Shown here: positions 53,573-64,000 of the stretch, piece by piece
How positions within the stretch are numbered: the first letter of the stretch is position 1
Layout: the number at the start of each line of letters is the position of its first letter
Assembly (NCBI GenBank): GCA_963744085.1
Contig: CAVUSK010000012.1
Coordinates: forward strand, 36,248-100,247
DNA length: 64,000 bases
Source of the DNA: an uncultured Actinomycetota bacterium
Lineage (GTDB): Bacteria > Actinomycetota > Actinomycetes > Mycobacteriales > Mycobacteriaceae
Direction: 5' to 3'
Program-made: the position numbers and the translations under genes
Notes under the pieces: generated by a model
The model's database searches: none
The model's input: only the letters and a program-made list of their open reading frames with translations
Told to the model about the DNA's origin: nothing

Positions 53573-53995
53573 ATGATCACCACACAGAACAACCCTCGTC
53601 GTCGGACCAAGGTCGCCGCAGCCATGCTCGTCGCCGCAGCCATGCTCGTCGCCGCCGGCGCGATCGTCGCGGGCGCGCTCGGTGCGGCGGCACCGGCGAA
53701 CGCACAGGCGGACAAGTTCGTCGCCATCTCGTACTCGCCGGAGACCGGTGCGTATGGCTGGGGCAACAACTACAACGACCTGGACAGTGCGAGAGTCCGC
53801 TCGCTGAGTGAGTGCCAGAACTACGGCGGCAGCCACTGCGTATTCCTCGCCTGGTCGAAGAACGGGTGCGCCGCGCTGGCCGTCAACGGGGACAATTACT
53901 ACGGCTGGTACGGAGCGAATCGCTCGGAGGCCGAGCAGGGCGCCCTGCAACGCAACGGCGGGGGTCACATCCTCGTGTCGCAGTGCGCGACCTAA
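53573..53995 (+). CDS. Secreted DUF4189-type protein
   Basis: Signal peptide ending AQA; FVAISYSPETGAYGW...ECQ...C...NGCAALAV. Confidence 0.8.
   Translation: MITTQNNPRRRTKVAAAMLVAAAMLVAAGAIVAGALGAAAPANAQADKFVAISYSPETGAYGWGNNYNDLDSARVRSLSECQNYGGSHCVFLAWSKNGCAALAVNGDNYYGWYGANRSEAEQGALQRNGGGHILVSQCAT
53612..53655 (+). repeat. 18-bp in-frame tandem repeat (gtcgccgcagccatgctc) x2.4 in the signal peptide
   Basis: Seen directly; encodes VAAAML twice. Confidence 0.85.
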
Positions 53996-54046
53996 ACGCA
54001 CACCGCGTCGGCCCGTCACTTTATGGGGTGGCGGGCCGATGTGCGT

Positions 54047-54697
54047 TCAGAGACGACCTGCGGCGAAAGTCGCTGCCTGATTGGTCATTCCGGACTGGAC
54101 GTACTGGACGTGCGGTCCCATGCTCACGCCGTTGGTGCAAATCGGGTCGCCCGGCATACACATGTCAATCGTCTTGGAGGTGTACAGCGGGCCGATGCCG
54201 GGCATCGGCCGGCCGCCTGACAACGCCCTCGCCAACGAACCGTTAGGCGACGGGTTACCGAACACAGCGACCGCCGCGACACTATTGGCCACATTGGCAG
54301 GCATCGCTCCGGTGGCCAGATCCATTACGAGCGCACCTTGTGAATATCCGCCGAGCACCATTCTGGTGTTGGGACAGTTCGCGGCCATGCTCTGGACGTG
54401 ACCGCTCGTATCGTTAGCACCGACGGCCGACGAGCTGGAAAAAGCGTCAGTGGCGGGGTAGTTCACCGCGTAGACGCCCACGGACCTCCCGCCGGTTTGG
54501 GAGGTCAGCGAGTCGACGAAGGCCTGTCCAACGCCGCCGACACCGGGCGGTTCGTTAGTGCCTCGGGCGAACACCACCTCGACGTCCGGGCATGGGGCAG
54601 CGATGGCGGAAGGAATGTTGACGGCTGCGGTCAGCGCCGAGGTTGTCACCACCGCGGCGCCGAGGAAAACGGCGATCTGACGTGCGCTCTCGTTCAT
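54047..54697 (-). CDS. Cutinase family protein
   Basis: CPDVEVVFARGT, GGYSQG, FGNP, DPIC, HVQY. Confidence 0.93.
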   Translation of the reverse strand: MNESARQIAVFLGAAVVTTSALTAAVNIPSAIAAPCPDVEVVFARGTNEPPGVGGVGQAFVDSLTSQTGGRSVGVYAVNYPATDAFSSSSAVGANDTSGHVQSMAANCPNTRMVLGGYSQGALVMDLATGAMPANVANSVAAVAVFGNPSPNGSLARALSGGRPMPGIGPLYTSKTIDMCMPGDPICTNGVSMGPHVQYVQSGMTNQAATFAAGRL

Positions 54698-55248
54698 GCT
54701 CGTTTATCGCTCCGGGTGAAGATTTTGAAACACGAAAACGCGCCGCCTTTGCTTCCGCCGACGACGCCCGCTGCGGGATGTGTCCGGATTATTGACGGCT
54801 TCGTCAGCCGCCGGTTTCTAAACAGAACCTTGAGATTAGCTGAATACTTACCGGCGTTACGCATGTATGGATCTAACCAGCGAGCTAGACAGGCGCATTC
54901 TCGGCAGGTGCCTCAAATTTTGCGGGGACGGAATTTTGCTGTTCTGATCCGCTGGGCGTGGGACGCGGAATATCGTATTTCTCGTCCATCATCAACCCCT
55001 CGAATGAGGGGCACCAGCACAGCGGTCGGCGCTGACAGCATCGCAAGAGCACTGGTGATAACCAAACAGGCGACCGCTCTCGAGCGCGGTGGCATCGTGA
55101 CCCGCGACTCAAGGGAGGATGGCGGCGACGAGACCTCGCAGAAATGAGCTCCCCTGGGTGGACTGGGCGCCTCCAGAAGCGGAGTTGGCCCGCTCTAGAC
55201 CTCCACTTTCTCCAGCAAGGCATTGGCCATGCGTGCGGCACGGCGGTG

Positions 55249-55560
55249 CTACTCCGGCGGAATCCACCTCACAATGCGCTCGCCGTGATCGACGAGCGCG
55301 CACCACACTTCCCTGACGCTGCCGGTGTCCTGCCCCGCGTAGATCTCGCCGAAACGGGGCCAGTATCGCCGGTCGAGTTCGAATGGTTCTATTCGAGTGC
55401 GGTCAGTTGGTGCAGACACGTTTGTCGACGAATGCCAATCCGGGTCTTTGGCGACCTCGCGACTCCAGCCCGCCATGTCAGCGTCCAAGGGGTCGACGAT
55501 GAGAAAGCGGTCACCGTCTGGATTCGAGAGGTACCTGACAGGTATTCCGTTCTCGACGGT
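55249..55560 (-). CDS. Hypothetical protein or remnant
   Basis: Protein-like stretch VENGIPVRYL...FELDRRYWPRFGEIY; start uncertain. Confidence 0.3.
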   Translation of the reverse strand, partial: TVENGIPVRYLSNPDGDRFLIVDPLDADMAGWSREVAKDPDWHSSTNVSAPTDRTRIEPFELDRRYWPRFGEIYAGQDTGSVREVWCALVDHGERIVRWIPPE

Positions 55561-55852
55561 CCAAATCCGACATAGGTGAACTTTGTCAGACCGCAGGATC
55601 AAGTGCGAAGTGCGCAAAGGAGTCGCACCCGTGGCCGACGGAGTGAACGCAGTTACGCGACGTTCACCGAGGAGCACCTGAAGCGGCTCGTGCAGATCGC
55701 CCGCGAGGACCAAGAGGGCTTGTTTCAGGGGGGCCACGCCCACATCAAATTGCGGGTGTTTGGCAGCAATCCTGCGGCCGCCAACCACGACATGCCAAAC
55801 TTCAACTATCCATTCAATTGCGCTGGCGTCCGATCAGAGCAAGGAGCAACTC

Positions 55853-56158
55853 ATGTACGTACATTGGGGAACTTTCACCCTCAACACCCCGCACTGGAAT
55901 GCACTGAAGTACATCGAAGCACTGCTCAAGACTCGCCCGGAGCTTACATACGACATCTACGACCCCGCCCAAGACGGGGACTTTCAGATCATCGCCGGGG
56001 CAATAAATGGTGCAGCGGTCATTACGACGGTGGTGTGCGTCCCGCTCGAGGCGCACAGTACGTGGGTAAGCGTCATCGTTACGGGCAACGACAGTGGACT
56101 GGCCGAACGAGAACGAAACTCGATCAGGGAAGAAATCATCGAGTTGAACCTGAATTAA
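55853..56158 (+). CDS. Hypothetical 101-aa protein
   Basis: RBS aaggag before ATG; AT-richer DNA next to the tRNA-Asn 3' end. Confidence 0.55.
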   Translation: MYVHWGTFTLNTPHWNALKYIEALLKTRPELTYDIYDPAQDGDFQIIAGAINGAAVITTVVCVPLEAHSTWVSVIVTGNDSGLAERERNSIREEIIELNLN

Positions 56159-56262
56159 CTAGAGCGAGCTGGCGCCGCCAAATCCTTCGAGGAACCGCAT
56201 GGCGGAGGCACGATACTTCATTCGATAGGCTAGATACTGCCTTTGACATGGGCGTATGCTTG

Positions 56263-56335
56263 CTCCCCCGGCTGGACTCGAACCAGCAACCCTTCGGTTA
56301 ACAGCCGAACGCTCTGCCAATTGAGCTACAGGGGA
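56263..56335 (-). tRNA. asnT: tRNA-Asn (GTT)
   Basis: TCCCCTGTAGCTCAATTGGCAGAGCGTTCGGCTGTTAACCGAAGGGTTGCTGGTTCGAGTCCAGCCGGGGGAG cloverleaf. Confidence 0.96.
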
Positions 56336-56479
56336 TCGCTCGCCCGCGCGGATGCTGCGCGCAACGCGGGACGACTCTAGCGTACGGCGGCGGGCCAACG
56401 CCACGAGTCGCCTGCCCTGAACGTGCCGCTGGACACGTCAGGCAGGATGGTGGCACGCACAACTGTGGAGGGGACGACC

Positions 56480-56722
56480 GTGATCCGCTATGCCGTCGTA
56501 TTGGCCATGGGCTACGTGCTGGGTACTCGAGCCGGCCGGCGCCGATACGAGCAGATCGTCGGCACCTACAAGGCCGTGACCGGCAGTCCCGCGGCCAAAA
56601 CGATGATCGACGCAGGACGGCGCAAGATCGCCAACCGTGTCTCACCCGACACGGGGATGGTCACGCTGACCGAAATCGACAACGAAACATTGGTGCTGCG
56701 GTCGCAGGCGCCGCGCGCCTAG
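56480..56722 (+). CDS. Conserved small actinobacterial protein (Rv2342-like)
   Basis: GYVLGTRAGRRRYEQI; synteny with dnaG. Confidence 0.8.
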   Translation: MIRYAVVLAMGYVLGTRAGRRRYEQIVGTYKAVTGSPAAKTMIDAGRRKIANRVSPDTGMVTLTEIDNETLVLRSQAPRA

Positions 56723-56736
56723 CCCCGACGAGTCGC

Positions 56737-57006
56737 CTAGGCCAACGGCATTTCGACTGTCTGACCCGGAAACAGCGGGCTGCTGCTGATCCCGGGGCCG
56801 CTACCGTCGGTGGGACCCACCCCGAACGACGGGAAATCCGGCTGCGGCGCCGACGGCCCATCCAGGCAGACGCCGTCGTTACGCGACCCGAACGTGGCCA
56901 GGCACTGCGCGTCGACACGGTCAGGGGCATCGACCATTGCCGGGCCCATTGCGGCGGCGACCGCGAGGCCACCGAGAATCACGACACGCCCCACACGTGA
57001 AGTCAT
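56737..57006 (-). CDS. Small secreted protein
   Basis: Signal peptide, paired Cys (QCLATFGSRNDGVCLDG), Pro/Gly-rich tail. Confidence 0.65.
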   Translation of the reverse strand: MTSRVGRVVILGGLAVAAAMGPAMVDAPDRVDAQCLATFGSRNDGVCLDGPSAPQPDFPSFGVGPTDGSGPGISSSPLFPGQTVEMPLA

Positions 57007-57016
57007 GGCGAGAACC

Positions 57017-58933
57017 TTACGCGGTCAGCCCGTTTCCGTCTCCAGTCGCCTGCTCGAGCAGACTGCGTCGGTAGGCCTCCATCGCGACCAACTCGCCGAA
57101 CAAGGCGTGGTATTGATCACCCTGCTCAATCGGTGACATGCGCTGCAACTTCGACTTGACCTCAGCGATCTGCCGGCCCACCCAGACCTCCTGCAACCGG
57201 GCCATCACGCCGCCGATGTACCGGGGCAGCTTGTCGTCGTCGTCGACGCGAATGGTCTCGACACCGAGCTCGTTGACCAGCCCGCCCGCCGCTGCCGCCT
57301 GCTGGCGGACCGAGTCGATCCACTCGGCTCCGGCCAACCCAGCCGACGTGCCGCCCGCCGACGCGATCGCCGCCCGCACAGCCGCGTAGCCGGGGTGGGT
57401 GAAGCTGTCGACGGTCAGCGAGTCGAACACCGGTCCGGCCAGCGCCGGGTATTGCAGCGCGCCCTTCAACGCTTCCCGCTGCGGCCACAGTGTCGGGTCG
57501 CGGGGGTCGGGCCGCTCCGGTGAGGGCGCCGCAGATGTCGGTGACGGCTTCCTCGTCGCTGCGGCGCGCCTCGACTCGCGCCGAAGCGTGCCGCCCCGCC
57601 GCTGCGCGTCTTCGCGCACCCGGCCGATCACCTGAGCGACGTCGTCCCAGCCGACCCATCCGGCGAGCTGGCGCGCGTACTCGTCGCGGAGCGTCGGGTC
57701 CTTGATCCGGGCGACCATCGGCACGCATCGCCGCAACGAGGCGACCCGGCCCTCCGCACTGTCGAGGTCCATCTCCGAAAGCGCTGAGCGGATAGCGAAT
57801 TCGAACAACGGCGTGCGCCGGGCCACCAGGTCGCGCAGCGCGCCGTCACCGGCCTTCAGGCGCAGATCGCAGGGATCCATGCCGTCCGCGGCGATCGCGA
57901 CGAAGGACTGCCCGGCCAGGTTCTGTTCACCGTCGAACGCCTTGAGCGCGGCCGCGCGGCCGGCTTCGTCACCGTCGAACACGTAGATCAGCTCGCCGCG
58001 AAAGAAGCTGTCGTCCATCATGAGTCGGCGCAACATCGCGAGGTGCTCGTCGCCGAATGCGGTGCCGCACGACGCCACCGCAGTGGTCACCCCGGCAAGG
58101 TGCATCGCCATCACGTCGGTGTATCCCTCGACGACGACGGCCTGGTGGCCTTTGGCGATGTCGCGCTTGGCCAGGTCGATCCCGAACAGCACCGCGGACT
58201 TCTTGTACAACACGGTTTCGGGCGTGTTCACGTACTTGGCTTCCATCGGATCATCGTCGAAGATGCGGCGTGCGCCGAAGCCGATGACCTCGCCGCTGCT
58301 GGTCCTGATCGGCCACAGCAACCGCCGGTGAAAGCGGTCCATCGGCCCGTGGCGGCCCTCTCGTGACAACCCCGCCGCTTCGAGCTCCTTGAATTCAAAA
58401 CCCTTGCGCAGCAAGTGTTTCGTCAATGAGTCCCAACCCGAGGGAGCGAAGCCGCAGCCGAAGTGTCGTGCCACGTCGGCGTCGAAGTTGCGGTCGATCA
58501 AATACTGCCGGGCCGGAGCCGCCTCGGGTGACTGCAGGGCCTCGGCGTAGAACTCCTGGGCGGCGGCGTTGGCGGCGATCAGGCGGCTGCGGCTGCCCCG
58601 GTCGCGCTGCACGGCCGACGCGGCTCCGGTGTAGGTGATCGTGTAACCGATCCGGTCGGCCAGCTGCTCGACCGCCTCGACGAAGCTGATGTGCTCGATC
58701 TTCTGGACGAACGCGTACACATCGCCGCCTTCACCGCAGCCGAAGCAGTGGAAGTGGCCGTGGTTGGGCCGGACATGAAACGACGGTGACTTCTCATCGT
58801 GGAACGGGCACAGGCCCTTCAGCGAGTCGGCACCGGCGCGGCGCAGTTGGACGTAGTCGCCGACGACCTCGTCGATGCGATTGCGTTCGCGGATGGCGGC
58901 GATGTCACGATCGGAGATGCGGGTGCCGGCCAT
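57017..58933 (-). CDS. dnaG: DNA primase
   Basis: Zn finger CPFHDEKSPSF...CFGC; VVVEGYTDV; FDGDEAG. Confidence 0.97.
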   Translation of the reverse strand: MAGTRISDRDIAAIRERNRIDEVVGDYVQLRRAGADSLKGLCPFHDEKSPSFHVRPNHGHFHCFGCGEGGDVYAFVQKIEHISFVEAVEQLADRIGYTITYTGAASAVQRDRGSRSRLIAANAAAQEFYAEALQSPEAAPARQYLIDRNFDADVARHFGCGFAPSGWDSLTKHLLRKGFEFKELEAAGLSREGRHGPMDRFHRRLLWPIRTSSGEVIGFGARRIFDDDPMEAKYVNTPETVLYKKSAVLFGIDLAKRDIAKGHQAVVVEGYTDVMAMHLAGVTTAVASCGTAFGDEHLAMLRRLMMDDSFFRGELIYVFDGDEAGRAAALKAFDGEQNLAGQSFVAIAADGMDPCDLRLKAGDGALRDLVARRTPLFEFAIRSALSEMDLDSAEGRVASLRRCVPMVARIKDPTLRDEYARQLAGWVGWDDVAQVIGRVREDAQRRGGTLRRESRRAAATRKPSPTSAAPSPERPDPRDPTLWPQREALKGALQYPALAGPVFDSLTVDSFTHPGYAAVRAAIASAGGTSAGLAGAEWIDSVRQQAAAAGGLVNELGVETIRVDDDDKLPRYIGGVMARLQEVWVGRQIAEVKSKLQRMSPIEQGDQYHALFGELVAMEAYRRSLLEQATGDGNGLTA

Positions 58934-58942
58934 CGGCTCAGT

Positions 58943-60193
58943 TTAAGCACGCTCGAGTCGCTCCAACCGACCCTCTGTGAACGACGCGATCTGATCGACG
59001 ATGACCCTTAGACGCTGGCCGTCATCCTCGGCGGCGTTGAATGCGGGCGCGAACAGCGGGTCCAGCGTGGCCGGCGCGCCGGCGAGCAACCAGTGCGCCA
59101 TCCGGTGGATGCGTTCCCGCTGCAGGGCCTGCAGCTGCAGGTGGCGAGGGTCCGACATGATGAACTGCAGCGCCAGGATTTTCAGCACGGCGACCTCCGC
59201 GCGGACAAGGTCGGGAACGTGCAGGTCGGCGGCGTACCGGGTGAGCGGCTGGGGGCCGGCCATGTTCCGGGTCTGCGCGATCGCGGCGGAGGCGAACCTC
59301 CCGACCAGCTCGCTGGTCAACCGCTTCAACGCGGCCGAGGACGCGAGAGTTGCGTCGTACTTGCCGACCGCGGCGACTACTGGCAACTGCGACAGCCGAC
59401 CGGCGGCGGCCACCAGGTCATCGGCGGGCAGTCCACCTTCCTGCTCGCCGAGCCGACCAAGCGCGGTGGCGGCATCGTCGTCGGCAAGCACGCGCAGGTC
59501 GATCCGCCCCGAAATCACCCCGTCCTCGACGTCGTGAACGGAGTACGCGACGTCGTCGGCCCAATCCATTACCTGAGCCTCCAGGCACGGCCGACCGGGT
59601 GGCGCGCCATCGCGCACCCAGGCGAACATTTCGGCGTCCTCCGCGTAAGCACCGAACTTGCGGTGGTCGGCACGGCGCAGCCACGGATACTTGGTCACCG
59701 CGTCGAGCGCGGCGCGGGTCAAGTTGAGGCCCGCGCTGACGCCTTGAGCATCAAGGGTTTTGGGTTCCAGACGGGTGAGGATGCGCAGGTTCTGGGCATT
59801 GCCCTCGAACCCGCCGTAGTCGGCGGCGAAGTCGTCGAGCGCCTTCTCGCCGTTGTGCCCGTACGGCGGATGGCCGATGTCGTGAGCCAGGCCTGCCATG
59901 TCGACCAAATCCGGGTCGCAACCCAGCCCGACGGCCATGCCGCGGCCGATCTGCGCAACCTCGAGCGAATGAGTCAGCCGGGTCCGCGGAGTGTCGCTTT
60001 CCCGCGGCCCGACCACCTGCGTCTTGTCAGCGAGCCGCCGCAGCGCGGCGCTGTGCAGAACGCGTGCCCGATCGCGGGCGAAATCAGTGCGATGTTCGGA
60101 CGCCCCGCCGGGCAGTGCGGCGGTCTTCGGCGCCTCGACCACAATCCGTTCGCGGTCGTGCGCGTCGTACCCGTCGTGCTGATGAGCGGTCAC
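58943..60193 (-). CDS. dgt: Deoxyguanosinetriphosphate triphosphohydrolase
   Basis: [43 protein letters not shown]. Confidence 0.95.
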   Translation of the reverse strand: MTAHQHDGYDAHDRERIVVEAPKTAALPGGASEHRTDFARDRARVLHSAALRRLADKTQVVGPRESDTPRTRLTHSLEVAQIGRGMAVGLGCDPDLVDMAGLAHDIGHPPYGHNGEKALDDFAADYGGFEGNAQNLRILTRLEPKTLDAQGVSAGLNLTRAALDAVTKYPWLRRADHRKFGAYAEDAEMFAWVRDGAPPGRPCLEAQVMDWADDVAYSVHDVEDGVISGRIDLRVLADDDAATALGRLGEQEGGLPADDLVAAAGRLSQLPVVAAVGKYDATLASSAALKRLTSELVGRFASAAIAQTRNMAGPQPLTRYAADLHVPDLVRAEVAVLKILALQFIMSDPRHLQLQALQRERIHRMAHWLLAGAPATLDPLFAPAFNAAEDDGQRLRVIVDQIASFTEGRLERLERA

Positions 60194-60253
60194 CGAGGCA
60201 CAGTCTGCCAGCGACCGCTCACGGCGACCGTGCATGCAGCTAGATTGGCGATC

Positions 60254-62272
60254 ATGCGCTCTGCCTTCTGCTCTTCGCGCAAGCGGTTCATCCTCGCCCG
60301 ACTGCTCGGCCCCATCTTCGCGGTGCTCGCCGCGGCTCTTCTGGTCGCGCCGCAGGCCGCGGCAGATCGACCGTTCCACCTTCCCGAGTACATCACCGAC
60401 AAAGCCGGAGTGTTGACCGATGCCGGCCGCACCCAGGTCGAGACCGCGATCAACAACCTGTACAACAGTCGGCGGATCCGGCTGTGGGTCGTCTACGTCG
60501 ACGACTTCTCCGGTCAGGATCCCGCGAGCTGGGCCGAAACTACCTACCGGACAAGCAATCTGGGCGCCTACGATGCTGTCCTCGCGGTGGCCACCGTCGA
60601 CCGGGCGTACGCGTTCAAGGTGCCCACCACCGTCAAGAACGTCAGCGCGAGCCAGGTTGCCAATTTGCAGCGCAACGATATCGAGCCCGCACTTCACCAA
60701 GACGACTGGAGCGGAGCCGCCGTGGCGGCCGCCAACGGCCTGAACACCTCGGGCAGCCCCGGAATGAAGGTGCCGTGGGGCACGGTACTCGTGTTGCTCG
60801 GTGGCATCGTGCTCGTGATCGCGGGTCTGCTGCTATTGATGCGACGTCGCCGCCGCCTTCGGCGCGCCGCCGAATTGGCTGCCGCCCAACGGGTGGACGC
60901 GACCGACCCCGAGGCATTGGCCTCGCTGTCGGTTGACACGCTCGACGATCTGTCCAAGACGAAGGTCGTCGAGGTCGACAACGCGGTGCGCACCAGCACC
61001 AACGAGCTGGCACTGGCGGTCGAAGAGTTCGGCACGGATCGAACCGAGCCGTTCACCCGTGCCGTGAACAACGCTAAAATTGCTCTGGCGCAAGCCTTTA
61101 GGGTTCGCCAGCAGCTCGATGACACAGTTCCGGAGACAACGGCTCAGCGCCGCGATCTGTTGACGCGCGTCATAGTGTCCGCGGCTCAGGCCGACCGCGA
61201 GCTGGACGCGCAGACCGAGGCGTTCCACGAATTGCGTGACTTGGTCCTCAACGCGCCCGCCAAGCTGGACACCCTGACACAGCAACTGGTGGATCTCACC
61301 GCCCGGATTGCGCCGTCTCAACAGAAGCTGGCCGACCTGCACAACGAGTTCGACAGCAACGCGTTGGGTTCGGTGAACGGCAACGTCACCACCGCGCAGG
61401 AGCGGCTGAAGTTCGCCGACCAGAGCATCACGCGGGCCCGCGAACTGGCTGGCCACCCGGTCGCCGGCGAGCAGGCCGAGCTCGTCGACACCGTGCGGAG
61501 CACGGAGTCAGCTCTGGGACAAGCCCGCTCGATGCTTGACGCGGTCGACAGCGCCGAAAGCGACATCAAGCGGGCCGTCGGGATGTTGCCCTCCGCGATC
61601 GCGGACATCCAGAACGGAATCGCCCAGGCCGACGCGCAATTGCGCCAGGGCAAGATCAATAAGGCCGACGAACTCACCGCCGCCCGCACCACCGCCGCCA
61701 AGGCCGTCGACACTGCACAAGCCAGCGGATCGAGCGATCCGCTGGGAGCGTTCACGCAATTGACGAAGGCCGACGCCGAGCTCGACCGGTTGCTGGCTGA
61801 CGTCGCAGAGGAGCGAGAAGCCGCGGCCCGCCTTTCCCGCACCTTCGATCAGGCGCTGTTCACCGCACAGTCGCGAGTGCGCGCGGTGTCCGATTACATC
61901 GACACTCGCCGAGGAAGCATCGGCCCGGAGGCGCGCACCCGACTCGCGGAGGCCGTCCGGCAGCTGCAGGGGGCAGAGGCCAGCCGCTCGACCGACCTGA
62001 ACGAGGCCATCGCATACGCCAACGGCGCGTCGATGCTTGCGGCGCAGGCGCAGTCGCTGGCCAACGCCGACGTACAGGCCGCCCAGCGCGCCTACACCGG
62101 ACGGTACGGCGGCGGAAACTCGAACATGGGCGCGGTGCTGGGCGGCATCATCATCGGCAACATCTTGAGCGGCTCGATGCGCGGCGGGTTCGGCGGCGGT
62201 TGGAGTTCAACCACGTACGGCGGCTCGCCCAGTTCCGGCGGTGGCTTCTTCGGCGGTGGCGGCCGCTTCTAA
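60254..62272 (+). CDS. TPM-domain membrane protein with coiled-coil C-terminus (Rv2345-like)
   Basis: [26 protein letters not shown] helix, Gly-rich GGGGRF tail; true start is well downstream of the ORF-track start. Confidence 0.9.
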   Translation: MRSAFCSSRKRFILARLLGPIFAVLAAALLVAPQAAADRPFHLPEYITDKAGVLTDAGRTQVETAINNLYNSRRIRLWVVYVDDFSGQDPASWAETTYRTSNLGAYDAVLAVATVDRAYAFKVPTTVKNVSASQVANLQRNDIEPALHQDDWSGAAVAAANGLNTSGSPGMKVPWGTVLVLLGGIVLVIAGLLLLMRRRRRLRRAAELAAAQRVDATDPEALASLSVDTLDDLSKTKVVEVDNAVRTSTNELALAVEEFGTDRTEPFTRAVNNAKIALAQAFRVRQQLDDTVPETTAQRRDLLTRVIVSAAQADRELDAQTEAFHELRDLVLNAPAKLDTLTQQLVDLTARIAPSQQKLADLHNEFDSNALGSVNGNVTTAQERLKFADQSITRARELAGHPVAGEQAELVDTVRSTESALGQARSMLDAVDSAESDIKRAVGMLPSAIADIQNGIAQADAQLRQGKINKADELTAARTTAAKAVDTAQASGSSDPLGAFTQLTKADAELDRLLADVAEEREAAARLSRTFDQALFTAQSRVRAVSDYIDTRRGSIGPEARTRLAEAVRQLQGAEASRSTDLNEAIAYANGASMLAAQAQSLANADVQAAQRAYTGRYGGGNSNMGAVLGGIIIGNILSGSMRGGFGGGWSSTTYGGSPSSGGGFFGGGGRF

Positions 62273-62421
62273 CCCCCGTGAGCGTGCGTAGGTTCCGCGA
62301 CGGCATTTCATCGAGATCGACCTTTCGCAGGCCCGCACTCGCACTTCTGCTGCAAAACGTCGATCTGGACGCGGTGTTGGGGGCTTGCCTCCGCCCCTCG
62401 CCGCGCCCGTTGGTGCGACGA

Positions 62422-63987
62422 TTACGTATTCGACACGGACGCTTCTGAGGGCTCGGCCCTCGTGAACGATTGGCGCAGTTCGCGTTTTAGCACCTTCCCG
62501 ACGCCGGACAACGGCAGCGGCTTGTCGCGGAACTCGACGGAGCGTGGGCACTTGTAGCCGGCAATCTGCGTGCGGCAGTGTGCGATTACCGCTTCACCGG
62601 TGAGTTCGGCGCCGGTAAGCGGCACGATCACAGCGTGGACGCTCTCGCCCCACTTGGCGTCCGGCATGCCGATCACAGCCACCTCGGCTACACCTCGCAT
62701 CAACGAGATCGTGTGCTCGACCTCGGCCGAGTAGACGTTTTCGCCACCGGAAATGATCATGTCTCTGAGCCTGTCGACGATGAAGACGAAGCCCTCGTCG
62801 TCCATGTAACCGGCATCGCCGCTGTAGTACCAACCGTCCTGCAACACGGCTGCCGTCGCATCGGGTTTGTTCCAGTAGCCCAACATGATCGTTGGACCCC
62901 TGCCCGCGACTTCGCCGATCGTGCCGCGCGGCACTTCTTGGCGATTCTCGTCGACGATCCTCACCTCGGTGGTGTGCGCGGCTTGGCCGCAGGACTTGAG
63001 GAGGCCGGCAAACGGCGCTTCGACTGTGGCGTAGCGCGGCGGTAGCACGGTCAACACCGGCGCCGCCTCCGTCATGCCGTAGCACTGGATGAACTGACAG
63101 TTCGGGAAGACCTCAAGCGCCTTACGCAGCACGCCCTCAGGCATTGGCGAACCGCCGTAGGGAATGTATTTGAGGTGCGAGAGACCGAAGTCGCCCGCCC
63201 TGGGGTGATTAGTCAGAATGTTGATCATTGTTGGCACATACACGACGTGCGTGACCTTCTCCTGGTCCATGGTGCGCAGGCAGTCGTCGGGATCGAACCG
63301 CGGCACGAAGACGTGGCAGCCGCCGCACATCGTGACAGCGAAGGTCGCGCCGCTGTCGGCGAGGTGGTACATGGGTCCGGCATGGAGGTAAGTGGTGTCC
63401 CGGTCGTAGTAGAACCCGGCGATCACGTTCATCGCGTTTGACACCAGGTTTCTGTGACTGAGCATCACACCCTTGGACTTGCCCGTCGTGCCCCCGGTGT
63501 AGAACAGGGCGGCGAGCACGTCGCCGCCTGCGCCAACGTCCGCGACCGCCGGTAACGCCGCGAACTCCTCATAGGGCCGCATGCCCGCAGGCGGCGCATC
63601 GTCGTCTAAATAGATCATCGCGTCGATCGTCGGCAGCTCAGACAGCGCATCGGCATGCATCGTCATGGCGCCGTCGATGAACAGCACATGTGCACCCGAA
63701 TCCTCTATGAGATAACGAATTTCGGGTGTCGCCAGCCTTATGTTCACTGGCACCATGACCGCGCCCAGCCACGGAATCGCGTACATCAGCTCGAAGTAAC
63801 GGTCACTGTTGAGCGCAAGGATCGCCACGCGATCGCCAGCCTGCACGCCGACTCCGCTGAGACCACCGGCGACCCGTGCGACTCGATCGATCGTTTCCGA
63901 CCAGGTGCGCCGCCTGTCCCTGAAGACCGTGGACTCTTCCCGCGGCCGAATCTGCGCTGCGCGCCGCAACCCCTGGGTCAGGTACAT
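62422..63987 (-). CDS. Long-chain fatty acid-CoA ligase (FadD family)
   Basis: YTGGTTGKSKG, YGMTE, SGDAG, DRLRDMIISGGENV, GKVLK. Confidence 0.93.
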   Translation of the reverse strand: MYLTQGLRRAAQIRPREESTVFRDRRRTWSETIDRVARVAGGLSGVGVQAGDRVAILALNSDRYFELMYAIPWLGAVMVPVNIRLATPEIRYLIEDSGAHVLFIDGAMTMHADALSELPTIDAMIYLDDDAPPAGMRPYEEFAALPAVADVGAGGDVLAALFYTGGTTGKSKGVMLSHRNLVSNAMNVIAGFYYDRDTTYLHAGPMYHLADSGATFAVTMCGGCHVFVPRFDPDDCLRTMDQEKVTHVVYVPTMINILTNHPRAGDFGLSHLKYIPYGGSPMPEGVLRKALEVFPNCQFIQCYGMTEAAPVLTVLPPRYATVEAPFAGLLKSCGQAAHTTEVRIVDENRQEVPRGTIGEVAGRGPTIMLGYWNKPDATAAVLQDGWYYSGDAGYMDDEGFVFIVDRLRDMIISGGENVYSAEVEHTISLMRGVAEVAVIGMPDAKWGESVHAVIVPLTGAELTGEAVIAHCRTQIAGYKCPRSVEFRDKPLPLSGVGKVLKRELRQSFTRAEPSEASVSNT

Positions 63988-64000
63988 GACAACCACCACC

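Noticed and set aside
59093-60253. 1059-aa version of the TPM protein
   Set aside because: The extension is antisense to dgt; the signal-peptide-like start is at ~60254
62277-62344. Imperfect inverted repeat between the convergent TPM and fadD genes
   Set aside because: Could be a terminator or REP-like element, but the stem is imperfect and single-copy in this window

Overview
High-GC actinobacterial chromosome segment, almost certainly Mycobacterium/Mycolicibacterium (MmpS/MmpL, WS/DGAT, uspABC, LppP, cutinase). The right part (~39.7-64 kb) is core chromosome with the gene order I recall for M. tuberculosis Rv2313c-Rv2345: AhpD-like, tldE, tldD, uspABC, ECF/ABC pair, MarR, lppP, tRNA-Asn, dnaG, dgt and a TPM-domain protein. 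The left ~39.6 kb is accessory DNA downstream of a minus-strand tRNA with a CAT anticodon (Ile2-type; the metV locus). Copies of the tRNA 3' half at 37094, 31435 and 19439, plus a duplicated ~124-bp element-end sequence at 19499 and 29969, indicate several integrative elements stacked at this tRNA. The region is littered with IS3, IS481 and ISNCY remnants and with internally deleted or frameshifted genes. The most interesting cargo (~21.8-29.8 kb) is a candidate signalling/defence module: a TIR-STAND NTPase-TM-14xWD40 receptor-like protein, a Tat-lipoprotein flavin amine oxidase (frameshifted), and a convergent 2TM/pore-helix + RCK(TrkA_N) + RyR-domain channel-like protein preceded by a translationally coupled TIR-like mini-ORF. 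All family assignments come from motif recognition by eye; no database search was run.
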